Shown here piece by piece: positions 23,139 to 36,482 of a DNA stretch of 52,993 nt. Made by a program: the position numbers and the translations under genes. The DNA is from Phyllobates terribilis (lineage: Eukaryota), in contig NW_027368008.1 of NCBI RefSeq assembly GCF_046119375.1, positions 1 through 52,993 of the forward strand. Reading direction: 5' to 3'. The notes beneath the pieces are model-generated. The model worked only from the letters and a program-made list of their open reading frames with translations. It was not told the DNA's origin and made no database searches. The first letter of the stretch is position 1. Each line of letters starts with the position of its first letter.

Positions 23139-26106
23139 TCCCTACTACTATAAAAGTGGGAAGGCGCTTATCTACAGTAGACTTATATTATTATTTTATT
23201 CCTTCTGTTCCGTTTTTATCTTCCCACTTCCCTTTTCCGGTGTCTCATTTTATATTATTATTTTATTCCCTTCGTCCCTTTTTTATCTAAATGAAAAGTG
23301 GGAAATAAAATAATAATATGTAAACTACTGTTACGGGAAGTGGGCGCTTATCTACAGTAAACATATATACTATTTTATCCCCTCCGTCTGTTTTATCCCT
23401 ACTACTATAAAAGTGGGAAGGCGCTTATCTACAGTAGGCTTATATTATTATTTTGTTCCTTTCATTCCGTTTTTATCTTCCCGCTTCCATTTTCCGGTGT
23501 CTCATTTTTATATTATTATTTTATTCCGTTCGTCCCTTTTTTTATCTAAATGAAAAGTGGAGAATAAAATAATAATATGTAAACTACTGTTACGGGAAGT
23601 GGGCGCTTATCTACAATAAACATATATACTATCTTATCCTCTCCGTCTGTTTTCTATCTTCCCGCTTTCCTTTTCCGAAGTCTCATTTTTATATTATTTT
23701 ACTCCCTCCATCCTTTTTTTATTTAAATGAAAAGTGGAGAATAAAATAATAATATGAAAATTACTGTTACGGAAAGTAGGCAGATAAAAATGGTATACCG
23801 AAAATCCCTACTACTATAAAAGTGGGAAGGCGCTTATCTACAGTAGACTTATATTATTATTTTATTCTATCCTTTCCGTTTTTATCTTCCCGCTTTCCTT
23901 TTCCGATGTCTCATTTTTATATTATTATTTTATTTCTTTCGTCCCTTTTTTTATCTAAATGAAAAGTGGGAACAAAATAATAATATGTAAACTACTGTTA
24001 CGGGAAGTCGGCGCTTATCTACAATAAACATATATACTATTTTATCCCCTCCGTCTGTTTTTTATCTTCCCGCTTTCCTTTTCCAATGTCTTATTTTTAT
24101 ATTATTATTTTACCCCCTCCGTCCCTTTTTTATTTAAATAAAAAGTGAGAAATAAAATAATAATATAAAAACTACTGTTAAGGAAAGTAGGCAGATAAAA
24201 TAGTATACCGGAAAAGGAAATGGGAAAGATAAAAAAAGCGACGGAGGGAGTAAAATAATAATATAAAAATGTGATACCGAAAAGGAAAACGGGATGATAA
24301 AAAAGGGACGGAGAGAATAAAATAATAATATAAAGACTGTTGTTCATAAGGTGTTCCCGCTCCTTTTTTATCTTTCGTTCCATCCGTCCCATAATATAGT
24401 TCTCATTGTTATTTTGACGCTATTGATGCCCGAAGTTCATTTTCTCTATTCCTGTTAATGTGCAAGGAAAAACAAAGTCATGGAGATTTTGTTTGATTCG
24501 TCTCGATGAGTACTTTAATAATATAATTTTTTTTATAATTTACACTAACATACAATGATAGATATCAATGACACAAACTGTATATCGTCAAATGTATAGA
24601 AACAAATAGGAACTATATTATGGGACAAATGGAGTATTAGGAGAGGAGAATTTGTACTGGATAGAGTGAAAGTGCATTGAAAGTTGAAAAAAAAATGGTT
24701 GAAAAGTAGTTTCTATAAATGAAAAATGAGAAGATAAAAATGGAATACCGGAAAAGTAAAGTGGTAAGATAAAAAAAAAGGACGGAGGGAGTAAAATAAT
24801 AATACAAAGGTAGTAAAGCGGAAAGATCAAAATAGGACGGAGGAAGTCAAATAATAATATAAAAATTGGACACCGGAAAAGGAATGTGAAAAGATAAAAA
24901 AGGAATGGTAAAAATAAAATAATAATATAATAATCTTCATTCAATATACAATTATTACTCTTTCTCTCTATCTCTTTCCTCTACAATTATTACTCTTCAC
25001 TTTTTCATTAAAATCCGTGTATTCGGTCAAACAGAAAAACAACATAAGGATGGAGAGAGTACTTCAATCAATTGGCCCAGCAAATAAAAATCAATTAAGA
25101 TACATGGTTTCAGGTTGTAATCTAAACTATTTATTAGACAAACACAACTTACATTATAAACTACATAAAGATTACATTTCTCTCTACAATTACAAATAAT
25201 TGAGTAACTGTGAATTCCGGTTTATTGAAAATAGGTTAATGCAGGGAAACAACAAGCTACAAAATATTACGTGCTACCTTACACCATAAAAAACTTACTT
25301 TAAAAATATCAACAACATATTAACCCTCAGAACTATTGAAAAAGTAATTAATTTATCAATTCTTGGAACCAAATTGTTCGTTCACGCCACTTTTAAAACC
25401 TTAAATGACATAAGAATATGAATGAAAAAAAAATCCTAAAGTACTCTAATACAGGGAAGAAGAAAAGAAAAAAAGTTGAAAGAGTTTTCTATGAAGATAG
25501 TATACTCAGTTATTCACAATCTTAAAGTATTCCAGGTCATTTACTTTGTCAGCTACCTATGAAGATTGACGAAGCGTCTCTCTTTTAAAACTAATAGTGT
25601 CGTGAGCTTGATACAAGCTAACCTCTCAAAACTTTGGTAAAAAAAATTAATGTTTTTTTATATGCAATAAATCTTGTGTATAAGATCTATATAATAGACC
25701 AAACATGAGATAACTTCGTTTTTGTTTTGCAGGTCCCTACTCATGTCTAAAATCTTTTATCCATTTATGGAGTACAGAATTATCCACAAAGAGACGTAAA
25801 GGTTGAAGAAAATAAGAGCCTAGAGATGATGCTTTCATATTCTCGATTTGTTATACATGTACTGTCCTAGAAACTGTGCTCAACCGAGAGAGCTTATAAC
25901 CCTATAGATTCTACCATCACGAGTTAGGGAGCTATATATCAAAATATATGCCCAAGTGTACACTAAAAACTTAATAAAGTGGTGTTACTAATATCTTATA
26001 GTGACATGTATTCTACAACAAAGAAAATAACTAAATTGTATCTTAACATTCGACTAATAAAGTAAACAACACAAGTCCGCGTGCGAAGCACACGAATCAC
26101 CCCTAA
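23139..26106 (+). mobile_element. Non-autonomous Helitron with a tandemly repeated 5' end
   Basis: 5' A^TCCCTACTACTATAAAAG at 23139, repeated at 23396 and 23805. 3' GC-rich hairpin cgtgcgaagcacacg (26080-26094) followed by CTAA^T (CTRR consensus) at 26103-26107. Confidence 0.72.
24378..24634. mobile_element. Stowaway MITE nested in the Helitron
   Basis: TIRs ttccatccgtcccataatatag / ctatattatgggacaaatggag followed by TA. The left terminus is degraded. Confidence 0.7.
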
Positions 26107-26176
26107 TGTATATAAATGCGGCTTAAGAGTGATATCTTTGACACTCAAATTTTTAAGAGATCAAAATACGCTCCAA

Positions 26177-26603
26177 GACATGGTTTGATACACTTCCACT
26201 AGAATGAGGAAGTTATTTTGAAGTCATGTTTGATTAGGGGAAATTTTTTTAAAAAAAATCATTCCTTGAAATGACTCATTTCAAGTTTAAAAAAATCATT
26301 CATTCCACTAAAAAGTTGGTATATGTCATTCCAAAACTTCTTCCCCCTCACCTCTTCACCCTATCCCTCCTCAAGTTGTACTCTACATCTCTACCTTAAA
26401 CTATATACCTTATCCCTCAAGTTTATACTCTATGTACCTTATTCCTCCTCAAGTTTATACTCTGCATCTCTACCTTAAACTATATGGACCTACAACAGAC
26501 GGAACACTCTAGTACATGAATGGTTTATTTTGATTTTAAAAAAACAGACCAAATGAGCACTAATATTATTTTGTCGTTGCTGATGCTATACCAAACACAT
26601 ATA
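26177..26603. mobile_element. Possible Tourist-like MITE remnant
   Basis: Weak terminal inverted similarity catggtttgatacac / gctataccaaacacat. Confidence 0.35.
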
Positions 26604-26806
26604 TGAATTTTAGATAGCTCTCATTCCATACATACCAAGAACATGAAAACCAAATTACACAAACTTAAATATATATTTATATAAGCTTAAAGCAGAGGTA
26701 TCCATAAAGCCAGAAAAACACAGAAAACAGTCTGCAAACCAACCATAGTTAAGCTAGCCCCGGGAGCACAGCATCACCAAGACCGCCTTAAACACCAACC
26801 ATAACT

Positions 26807-26832
26807 TATATATATATATATATATATATATA
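26807..26832. repeat. (TA)13 microsatellite just downstream of the NBR1 stop codon
   Basis: Uninterrupted TA run, directly visible. Confidence 0.95.
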
Positions 26833-26852
26833 GAAGTAGCATCATCAGTGAC

Positions 26853-29800
26853 TTACACATTCTCGCGAGTAATGAGATCCATGACAGCATGCTTCAGACT
26901 CCCATTGTTCTTCTTCAGAGCCTCCCTGTTCGTCTCTCCATCCTCAAACCCCATTCCGCGCATTTCTTCCAGAAGCAAATCCCACTCAGAGACGTTACAA
27001 AGCTCGTCCAGCGACTTCTCGAAGTCATACTCGTTCTTCTTCAGAACCTTCTTGTTGACCTCCACCTGCTTGAACCCCATCTGTTCAAGCTCGTTGAGGA
27101 GAGCGTCTTCGACTTCGGACTTGGTGGTGGTGTTGTCCTCTTCGATTCTGGGGTAGGTGACGGAGCTTGAGGAAGGTATAGGTTGAGTGGGACCCGCATT
27201 GGAAACGGGGTGGGTGTTGTTAAAGAGAAGGTTGTTATTGAGTAAGTTGAGATTGTATGCTTGCTGGTGGTTCAGCATGAACTGTTGCACTTGCTTGGCC
27301 ATCAAGGGGTCTATTTGGTCAAGTGGGTCGATAGGATCTTCTAGAGGCTCGACGACAGCGTGTGGGGTGTTGTTCTCTGCAGTGCCTTCTGGAGGTAAGT
27401 TTAGGTTTAGGGTGTTTGGGAGTGTTGAAGATGATTCCGGAAACGATGCATCCACCTGTTTTAGCAGAGAAATGAACGAGACTAAGAAAATGGATAATTA
27501 ATGACGAAATAATAGTTATATGCCATGTTATCAAAATCACGAGCTGATCGTTGGCCAACAGACTCGTGAAACTCGTTTTCTGCATTTTTGGAGACTATGC
27601 CTTGTGATTGAAATTTCATATTTATACATTTAAAAACTAAACAGAATTGAATGAGTTACTATAATAGTATATGGTATATAAAACATAGGTTTTATTAACA
27701 TAATTAAGCTAGGAAGATTTTACAACTTTCACAAAAAAATATCAAATCAATTTCTTTAGGCGTTTATATATTATATTTACATATGTTGTATTCATATTAT
27801 ATACTCCCGATACAAATACTTGTCACACAAACAAAGATAAAGGAAAAAGTTAGTAAAATGACAGGTACTTGTATCCAACAAAATTGCTCTAAATTAACAT
27901 GTATTTATATCCAGAGGAAGTATTAATTTATTATTAGTTTAATACTTTAGTAGACTCTTCCATCCAAGTGAAGAGTATACTCTCGAGTTCCATAACCTTG
28001 TTTATATGTTAGTATATGGTATTTTTTTTACATACAAATTTGAGATTAAGAAACTAGGAACAAATTAGAAGTGTAAATATGTAATTAAGAAGAGGTTAAC
28101 CTGAATTAGAACCCAAACACGCTGCCCAAACTTCTGACCAGAGGATGAGGCCATTTTCCAGTAGGAGATGTACCGTCCAGGTAATTCGGGTGCAATGAAA
28201 TCAACTGCAACATCAACTTCATTTTCTGGATAGAACCCAGATACAGGAATCTGTTTTTTTTTTTTTTTAATTTGGTTAAAGAAAACAATGTCAGAAAGCC
28301 AAAAAAAAAAGAAGCATACTTACTAAATAAACTTGCTGAATTAAGTACCTCGATTCCAACAGAGCTAGTTGGGCTGAACTTATCTCCACCAATCCAGACA
28401 AGCTGAGTACCGTGAATCCATGGGAGATTGCCATTGTTACGCATTCTCCAGATCTTGGTGAAACGGGTATTGGGAGCCATAATTGTACCATCCATAACAT
28501 TGACATCTAATATGAACCGGCTGTCAAGCTTTGGTTTCAATTGCTTCATATGCTTACCGAAAAATCTCAGTGGAGGTGGAGGGTGACCCCAAGGCTTCGG
28601 CTGCGGCAACTAAAATGATTAAGGAAGGTAAGTACTTCTATCTTAACTCAGTAATTTATGTTAGAAGTTAATAATAATGTCCTGAATTTATGCTATTTTG
28701 GTAGAACCCTTAATCTCCGAATCTCCCACCCGGAAATTTGTTAGAGAATCTCCAATTTTCATATATATTCATTTAATTAAGTCCCCTTTTCATCAAGACC
28801 AACATTAGCTTAAATAGGAAACCTATCAGCTGTAGTATGAACATCAGTTAGTGGAGTGGGTACACTAATTTCAGGAATTAAAACTGATAATTATAATTAG
28901 CAGAAAGTATTAAGTAGTTAATAGTAGTAGATTATATTTTGGTTCTAAGAATAAATCATATTTCAATTCAGTGTTAAAGCACATACTGAGACTGTACTCA
29001 TTATTACTGAATTGAGAACATAGAAAAATGGAGGTTCTCATTAATTTCCTACTTTTTGTGACAATTAGTTGTTTCCTTAAGGTTAGATATAAGGGTCCAT
29101 TCGGCAACACCTAGATGGAGTTTTTTTCCAACTACGAATTGGGATATGAAAATTTTCAGAGAAATTAGATGAAATTTGTGAAAGGTAAATTAAAATTTCT
29201 CTGACATAGGAGTAGATAGAATTTTGCTCACAAAAGGTGGTAGACAATGACCTAGATGGACAAGCTGAAATTTACCCAATTTCAGCTACTTCTATTTGAT
29301 TTTAAACATTGCAAAACGGACCCTTAAGTGGGTTTTATCACACCTTATATATGTCCAAGAGAAGAGTAGAGTAAGGGTAAAAGTGTACGAAAGTACTCAC
29401 ATATGGGCTACTCTTGAGGGACCATGGGTAACGATAGGGAGCTGGAAAATCAATCCTTATATAATCAGAATCTTTACCCATTCCAATTTGCTGAAAGCAG
29501 ATTTTGCATAAATCATAGTCCAATTTCCTGCAAGGAATATTAACTACCATTATTTACTCCGAGTAGCAAATTGATATAAAAGAGAATGGAGGGAGGGAGT
29601 ATTATTATTACAGTTTGGATTTGAAGCGAGGCCCAGTGATAGGATGAACACCACATCCATCACACTGAACACCTCTGTGGAAAATGTTATCCTTAGAGAA
29701 CATAGTGGGTGCGTGTTGCATAGAAAGACCACCAAATGGGCATTCACTGGTTGTACTTCTTTTTCCTTCCTCCTTTGTAACTCCAAAAGGTTTCATTTCA

Positions 29801-31823
29801 GCTTCTGAAGTAGCAGCAAAACCAGCAGTTTCTTCTTTGTTAATAGCTTTTCTCTTTGCCGCCTCAAGCCTACGTGCATAAATCTTCTGCAAATCTTCTG
29901 AAGATGCAGTTTCTTTACCAGAAGAAGTTGCAGATGCAAGCTGTTTCCTCTGAGCTTCTAAAGCAACATGCATAGCTAGCATGTCCATTGAGTTAGGGCA
30001 ACCACTAGGCTTCCTCTCAACCTCCCCAAATTGTGGATGAGGGCCCTCCTGTTAGGACACTAGAAAGTCTCAGAATATTCATACTGGCAAGAAGAAGAAA
30101 AAAAAAGAGTACAGAAAAATGGAGATTCTCCTCTAAGTATGACTTTTCAGGAATGGATATAGAAATGGCTCATAATCATACGGCCATACCTGTTGTTTGG
30201 TATATCAGTATATGGATATCAAGTTGATATAATCATTTTTATTAGGATATCACTGCCTCTTATTTATTTTAAATATTGCTTTTTAACCAAACTCCTTTCT
30301 TCTTGTTGATGAATACCATGGTTGTTCTCAAAAATATCAACCAATCTATATCATACCAAATGCAAATATAAGATATCAATCTCATACCTATAGAAACTTC
30401 AGTCAGAAATCCAGAAGAAGACATGAACGAAATGAAATCTATCACCTAGTCTTATAAATGTAAGTGCTACCTATATCACTTTGTGCACATGAATAAAATG
30501 ATCCCTATCATAAAAACAAACTAAGGATGTCAGTTTTTCATATGCTAAGATTTAGGTATCTTGAAGACCAATAGTCATAGCTATTAAATCAAAAGGAGTA
30601 CAACTCAACAATCTTAGCAAATTGATACGCAAGTTTCTTGATATGGATAAATAAGACTTTTCAGAGAAACTAAGAGAAAGATAAGAGGAACTCAATAATC
30701 TTTACCTTTTTGTTCTTCTCTGAAGCTGAAGCAACATTTACTTTCTCATTCTTGTGTGCATTTAAGAAGGAATCGGCAGCAGAGGTAATACCCTCAACAA
30801 ACTCACCAAGTATGGGAGCACTAGAAGCAGTCCTAGAAGCCACTTGAGCAGCGAGATCCGAGAGATACACACGAAGCGGCTCAGGCATTGTTTTAAGAAG
30901 ATCAGCTATACCAGGATAGATATTATCCTGTGCAGGAAGTGGAGTAGATGTACCACTAGACTTGACAGAAGCTGCAGATGAAGTGTTGATCTTGACACTT
31001 ATTCGCACTGGATTGAGGCCTTGATTTAAGACATCATGCAGATCTTCATCATCAACCAGTGCAACGATATCATCATCTTCATCTTCATATGTCATCTCCA
31101 ATTCAGATTCAGGAGTCAAACTGAAGAGAGAGCGGATTTTGGCTCTCAGACCCTCAAAATCAAGCTCCAATTGCTGGTTTTCGTTCACAGCAGCATTGAA
31201 ACGCCTAAGCTTGTTTTCATATTTCACCTGAAACACACAGACAAAAGTAATTAGAACAAGCACAAAGAAAGCTAGATGGTAAAGGTTTAACCATATTAGA
31301 CCAACGCTCATAGCTCAATAGGTAAGGACTGTTAACCAAGCAAAAATTGTTACAATTCTTAATTCTGACTTCAACAATTACTGTATCAAGTTATTTTAAG
31401 CTGAGTAATTCAATTATCCTATTTTATATCACACTCACACTTGATTGATACTGTTTAAATTATTTGAAACAATTTCGGCCAGAGCCAGCAACTTTTTTCA
31501 CTTCAGCAAGTTATCAGTACCACCAAACCGGAAATAGTTCGTAAAATCAAGAAAATCGCAATGATCAACACAATAAAAGAGAGAATCCGCAAAGAGAAAC
31601 CTTTTTCCACCGACTTAAACCATAAACAGAAAAATCCAGAGCGAGAACCCCTTGAACGGATAAAAACAGAAAGAAAATCAAACGCGCTGAACAAATAATC
31701 AAAAGCACGCACAGCAACAACAACATGCAAGCCACAAACTCAAAGGCAATCAAACACAAAACTACCAGAAATCAGTAAAATGGAGATGGAAAATCGAACC
31801 TTGACAACCACAGAGGACGCCAT
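26853..31823 (-). CDS. NBR1: NBR1/Joka2 selective autophagy receptor, 707 aa
   Basis: Exons (minus) 31823-31800, 31227-30706, 30048-29612, 29527-29401, 28609-28349, 28250-28101 and 27455-26853 join in frame (2124 nt). PB1 domain (VVVKVKYENKLRRF...YEDEDDDIVALVDD), ZZ finger (CDGCGVHPITGPRFKSK...YDLCKIC), FW domain (FTKIWRMRNNG...FGQRVWVLIQV), two UBA domains and an AIM-like WDLL. Confidence 0.95.
29093..29323. mobile_element. Tourist-like MITE in NBR1 intron 4
   Basis: TIRs gggtccattcggcaa / ttgcaaaacggaccc with TAA/TTA flanks. Confidence 0.65.
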
Positions 31824-32499
31824 TAGGAAGCAGGACGGAGAACTAAGCGTTACAGTGAGCCGCTTAGGTAGAATTAGAAAAACCCAAACCCTAACAAAGC
31901 AGAACGAAAGCTACGAATTTTTTGCGCGATCGGAAAAAGATATGAACAGAATTGAAGAGGTATCGGAGAAATTTTTGGCAGGAGAGTACGTGCCCGTGAT
32001 CCGCAAGACCCTAACCGACTGTGGAGTGCGGGGAGAGAAGAAAATGGGTGGGAGAGAAAAGTTTTTTGGGGGCTTAGCATTTATAGCGTTAAGTTAAGAG
32101 CTTTTCGTATCTTGTTGCCAAAGAAAAACACCAGGTTAAGGAAACACTCAAAAAGTCACGAATTAATTAATTTTTTGTGTCAAAAAAGTCTTGATGCATG
32201 ACTAATTCATTAAAGTCTATATCATGATATTTATTTTCTTTTTTCCAGTAAATATTTAGAAGCTGAGAGAAAAGTTCGAGTAATTAGAGAGATCATCAGA
32301 ACTCCACGATTTCTTTAGAATTTTTATGTGCATAGTTAAAGACTAAGGTGTTTTGAGATTTAGGCTCCCTCCCGCAACAGTAGATAAATTTTTCTTTTTA
32401 TTTAGATGAAATCTAGTAGATGAATTTAAATTAGCTGAAAAGGTAGATAAAATGAATAGTACATGAAATATTAAGTGATGAAAATTATTGAGGTAAAAA

Positions 32500-32785
32500 A
32501 GATGTTCGGTAAATGGGATAGATGAATTATATGAGGATGGATGAATTATTAGGGTAAAAAGGGTTTCATCTAGATGAAATTTTTCATTCATCCTCACCTC
32601 CCTAGATGAAGATTTTTGCATTCATCTAGATAAAAATATGAGGAGTAGATGAATATGCAAAGAGATGATTTTTTTAGCTAAAATAGGTGTTTGGCAAAGA
32701 GATGGATGAAATTAGATGAAAAGTGTTACTTTTCATCTAATTTCAGCCCATTCATCTAAATGAATGGTCATTACCGAACGGAACC
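32500..32785. mobile_element. MITE related to the one in NBR1 intron 4
   Basis: gttcggtaa...ttaccgaacggaacc-TTA ends and repeated ctagatg motifs shared with 29093-29323. The left end is uncertain. Confidence 0.5.
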
Positions 32786-32970
32786 TTAATGAAAGAGGGA
32801 AGAAAAATTAATTCAGGCAGGAGATGGGTGTGGGAATGGAGATAGAAGTTGCGGGATACGATGAAAAACTCGCGGGGAATTTTCCTAAAAATAATATTTT
32901 AGGATTTCTAATTATGTCTTGAGTTCAAATTTTTTTATGTCTTACACCATAATTTAATGTCTAACTCCTC

Positions 32971-33116
32971 ATCCCAAACCTCGTCGAGTATAGGGGGAGA
33001 TTTCTTAAAGAGACTTGGTAATCTGATTGGAAAATTCTTGCGGGTTGATCACATGAAGGTTAAAGCGGACCGTGGCCAGTTCGTGCGACTTGCGGTCAAA
33101 CTTGACTTGGAATGAG
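32971..33116 (+). pseudogene. LINE (L1) ORF1 fragment
   Basis: IPNLVEY / FLKRLGNLIGKFLRVDHMKVKADRGQFVRLAVKLDL with one frameshift, matching the plant L1 ORF1 pattern IG..IG..+VD...RG.FAR+.V.+DL. Confidence 0.65.
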
Positions 33117-33119
33117 TCT

Positions 33120-33870
33120 GAAAGGAGATTGTTATTGTTGGAACTAACTAGAATTGAACCCAAACAACCTTGTTTGTTCTTATGAAGATCTAGGTAATCA
33201 TAGATACCTAGGTTAGGTTGGACTTAACGAAGCACGAAATTGGATATTATCCCTGTCTAGTTCTAGTTCTAGTTTCTAAGTATCTAAAGAGTCTTATCTT
33301 GATTAGCTTTGTGCGACAACGGTTGTTAGTTGGGGTTTAGATACATCTACTACTGCCTAAAAGTAATTAGTAGAGATATTTGATTGTTTACCGTCAAATG
33401 GGTCCATACTATTTTCTGATAAGCACATCGTATAATCTACCAAGAAGTTTAACATTCAAAGTTGAGAATTGATCTTGAGTGAAACACATGTCTAAACACA
33501 TGAGTGTGAGTGACTAGTTCTCTTATCCTTGTGAGGTCTAGAGTTGAGAAACTAATATACTCTTGTCATTGATTGAGAAAAATGCTAGAAAAGAATTTTT
33601 CTTTTGTTTGCCCTTTCATGATTATCATTCATATGTCACTTGGATAGAGACAACTATTGTATATTTTGTGGACTCACTAGTGGTGTGCTTGCTTGAGGAC
33701 AAGCAAGGTTTAAGCTTGCGGGATTTGATAACGTCTATTTTGTACATATTTTAGGAGTCTAGTTGCATCTTAGTTTAGATCATCTGCATGCATATTTATA
33801 TATTTTATTAGTTTCAAATTATCTTGTATTTGAAGTCTACTCTCATATTTTTATGTATTTCAGGTTGTAG
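33120..33870 (+). mobile_element. Athila-like 3' fragment: 3' UTR, PPT and start of LTR
   Basis: tgcttgaggacaagcaaggtttaagcttgcgggatt followed by TGATAACG at 33726, the characteristic Athila pre-PPT/PPT/LTR junction. Both outer ends are approximate. Confidence 0.65.
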
Positions 33871-34438
33871 ACCATGTTTACGGGTGGGTTTGGTTCCACT
33901 AGATGTCTCCAATGAGTTGCGGGCTCTGATGCATAGGGTTCCCCGTATTATAAGAGTGTACTTTTTATGATACGGGGAACCCAGATCCAGGCCCGTCTCA
34001 GAGCCTCTAGCTCATCGATGAATCTGGTCGAACCGGAGCCCACACGTAAACATGGCCTGCAACCCGTACACCACAACCCGACCCAATAGGCCCATGCCTA
34101 GTGATCAAACTAGGCCCATCTCCCACTGGACCAAACTCAACCTAGATGGGTTATTGCAAGGGGGAATAAAAGCTCTGACATTTTGATGCATAATCCAATC
34201 TGGTCAAACAGGAAGGCTATCGGCGAGCTTAAAATGGAAAGGCACCGATTACTGCTCGACAACAATGCGAAGCGCACTGTGATGATGAGTGCATGCACCT
34301 CATCCCTCGCCAACACCAAGACGCCCGCCTTGATGAAGCGCACAAGCTCCTCTCTCTACCTCGGTATCGGGCTGACCATGAAGCCTACGGCAAGTGCCAG
34401 CAGCTCACACCATTCCTTAAAAAAAGTTAAAAAATATA

Positions 34439-34800
34439 TTAAACGCAACATTCTTGACCTGTTGGCTCAACCCGACTCGAAATCCGACATGACCCGAACA
34501 ACATCCTCCACCGGATTAGTACAAGAATCATATTCAAGAGGTACTGGAACATTATTCTGTAAAGTTTTGTTTTAGTAGCAAAGTCATTGTGACTAAGGTT
34601 CCATGAAATTTGTTTGACGCTGGAATATTTGTTCATTTTCCAAATCCAAGCAAAAACATCAACCGTGAATTTTACATTTTTTGTGATCAAATTATAAGCA
34701 GATGTCATGGAAAATCAACCATTGCTTGTGGGAGTGCAAGAATTTTCATGGTAGTAGCTGGGGTTTACAAGTGAATTGATAACAATAGGATCCAATTTTG
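34439..34800 (-). pseudogene. LINE ORF2 fragment (zf-RVT region)
   Basis: NG*FSMTSAYNL...VFAWIWKMNKYSSVKQISWNLSHN resembles the G.FSVKSAY...W..IWK....K+K.F.W...HN pattern. Confidence 0.55.
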
Positions 34801-35679
34801 GTTCCTGATACGGTTTCTCAGCTTGAGATATGGGTCAAGGACTATGCGCGGTAGTGCTTGGACTTTAATTTTAATATTCGAGAGCCGAGAGTCCTCCCAA
34901 AAAATTATAGGCTGGCCATTTCCCACCAACCATTGGAAGCCATTTTTGAACTCTATATTAATTTACCATTATCAAGATTTAATTTGTTTGTTAGTTTCGA
35001 GTTTTAAAAAGACCCTTGTTTTTAAAATATTTAAGTTCGATAGTTTTAATAGAGATGTTATCAGGAAGATTTTTCTCATATGAGCTTTATTTGTAGGATT
35101 TTGTCCATGTTGAACGATTTTTGAATATCCAATCTCTCATTTCACTTATTCTTTCGGATTTTATTCCAATCAATGAGTGGTGGAGTGATAAGGACCTTTG
35201 TTCCAAAAGAAATTTCTATTAACTTAGTCAATCTCGGCATGAATAATGCAAGGACATCAATATTGGTTTGTTTTAAAGAGCTTTTACAAAAATGGGTTTT
35301 TTATAGATAACCGACAGGATGTCAACCTGCACGCACAACCTGGACGACAAGTTTTCTATGTGCGAAAAACATGCACATTCAATCTAGGCGTGCACATTAG
35401 TTTACATTTAGCCACTTTTTCCGAATCCCTTTAATATTTTCCTATATATAAGTTTCATTATAGATGACAAAAGAAGATGAAATTTAGGTGTTTGAACTAT
35501 GAACTCAGCTCTCTTAGAACTCGTAGATATGAAATTAATACTTGGACTATACAGAAGTGTACAAATGAAACTGACATCGTTTTCCCATTCAAGCCAGCAA
35601 CTTTTATAAAAAGAATCACTAGCTACACAAAAACAGAATACAAATCTTGAAAAGAGTTACAACACTACATGTGAGATTA

Positions 35680-36030
35680 GAACATCCTCAGTAGTGATAT
35701 TCATTTTGAATATCATAGTTAATTTTAAAATATTATTTTAATATTATGATACTCTTATATCACAATGGTGATATTTGTCTCAAATATCATAATGAACTTT
35801 TTTTAACTTCTCAGTTCTGTCTATTCTTATTTAGAGTTTAAAGTTTCTTATTTAATTATTATACATAGATTAAATATAGGACCAATGTGTAAGACTTTGT
35901 GTAATAATGAGTATCATACATATGATACTCAAATATAATGATTATATTGATAAAATAAAATTAAAAAACTCTTATACTTATCTTTAAATAAAATGCTAAG
36001 ATTCTTGGAGTATCACCATTGTGGATGCTC
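35680..36030. mobile_element. Tourist-like MITE
   Basis: TIRs gaacatcctcagtagtgata / tatcaccattgtggatgctc with TTA TSD at 35677-35679 and 36031-36033. The empty-site sequence is visible in the paralogous copy near 44105 (gagattatgacaa). Confidence 0.85.
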
Positions 36031-36482
36031 TTATGACAATGAGCATCAATACATGCAAGATTATGAGAATGAACGTCAACTTTCATAAAAAGAATCACTA
36101 GGCCATTTTCTAATTCTTCTATTAATTTATCATTGTCAAGATTTGTTTTGTTTGTTAGTTCTGAGTTTTCAAAAGACCGTTGTTTTTATAATACTTAAGT
36201 TGCATAGTTTTAACCCAGATGTTATCATATTCAACAACAACAAAATTCAACAACAAAATTCATAGGAATTTTATTTGTAGGATTTTGCCCATGTTATTTT
36301 TGGATATCTACTCTCCCATTTTTCTTATTCTTATAGATTTTATTTCAATCTCTGTTACAAAAGAAATTTCTACTAACTAGTCAATCTCGGCATAAATAAT
36401 GCAAGGACATCAAAATTGGTTTGTTTCAAGGAGCTTTTACAAAATGAGTTCTTTATAGATAACCCAACCCACAAAGGTTATA

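Noticed and set aside
24105-24944. Hydrophobic ORFs 24105-24392 and 24618-24944 (and 23033-23290)
   Set aside because: They are translations of T-rich Helitron repeats with no gene structure.
27803-27921. Possible Stowaway remnant in NBR1 intron 6 (and another near 29545-29601)
   Set aside because: The TIR similarity is too degraded to support a call.
31503-32097. ORFs overlapping NBR1 exon 1, intron 1 and promoter
   Set aside because: They are shadow frames of intron or UTR sequence; the 8-codon exon 1 explains the region.
34137-34575. 130-aa ORF 34183-34575 as a host gene
   Set aside because: It has no recognisable domain or splice structure and lies among LINE fragments, so it is probably decayed TE sequence.
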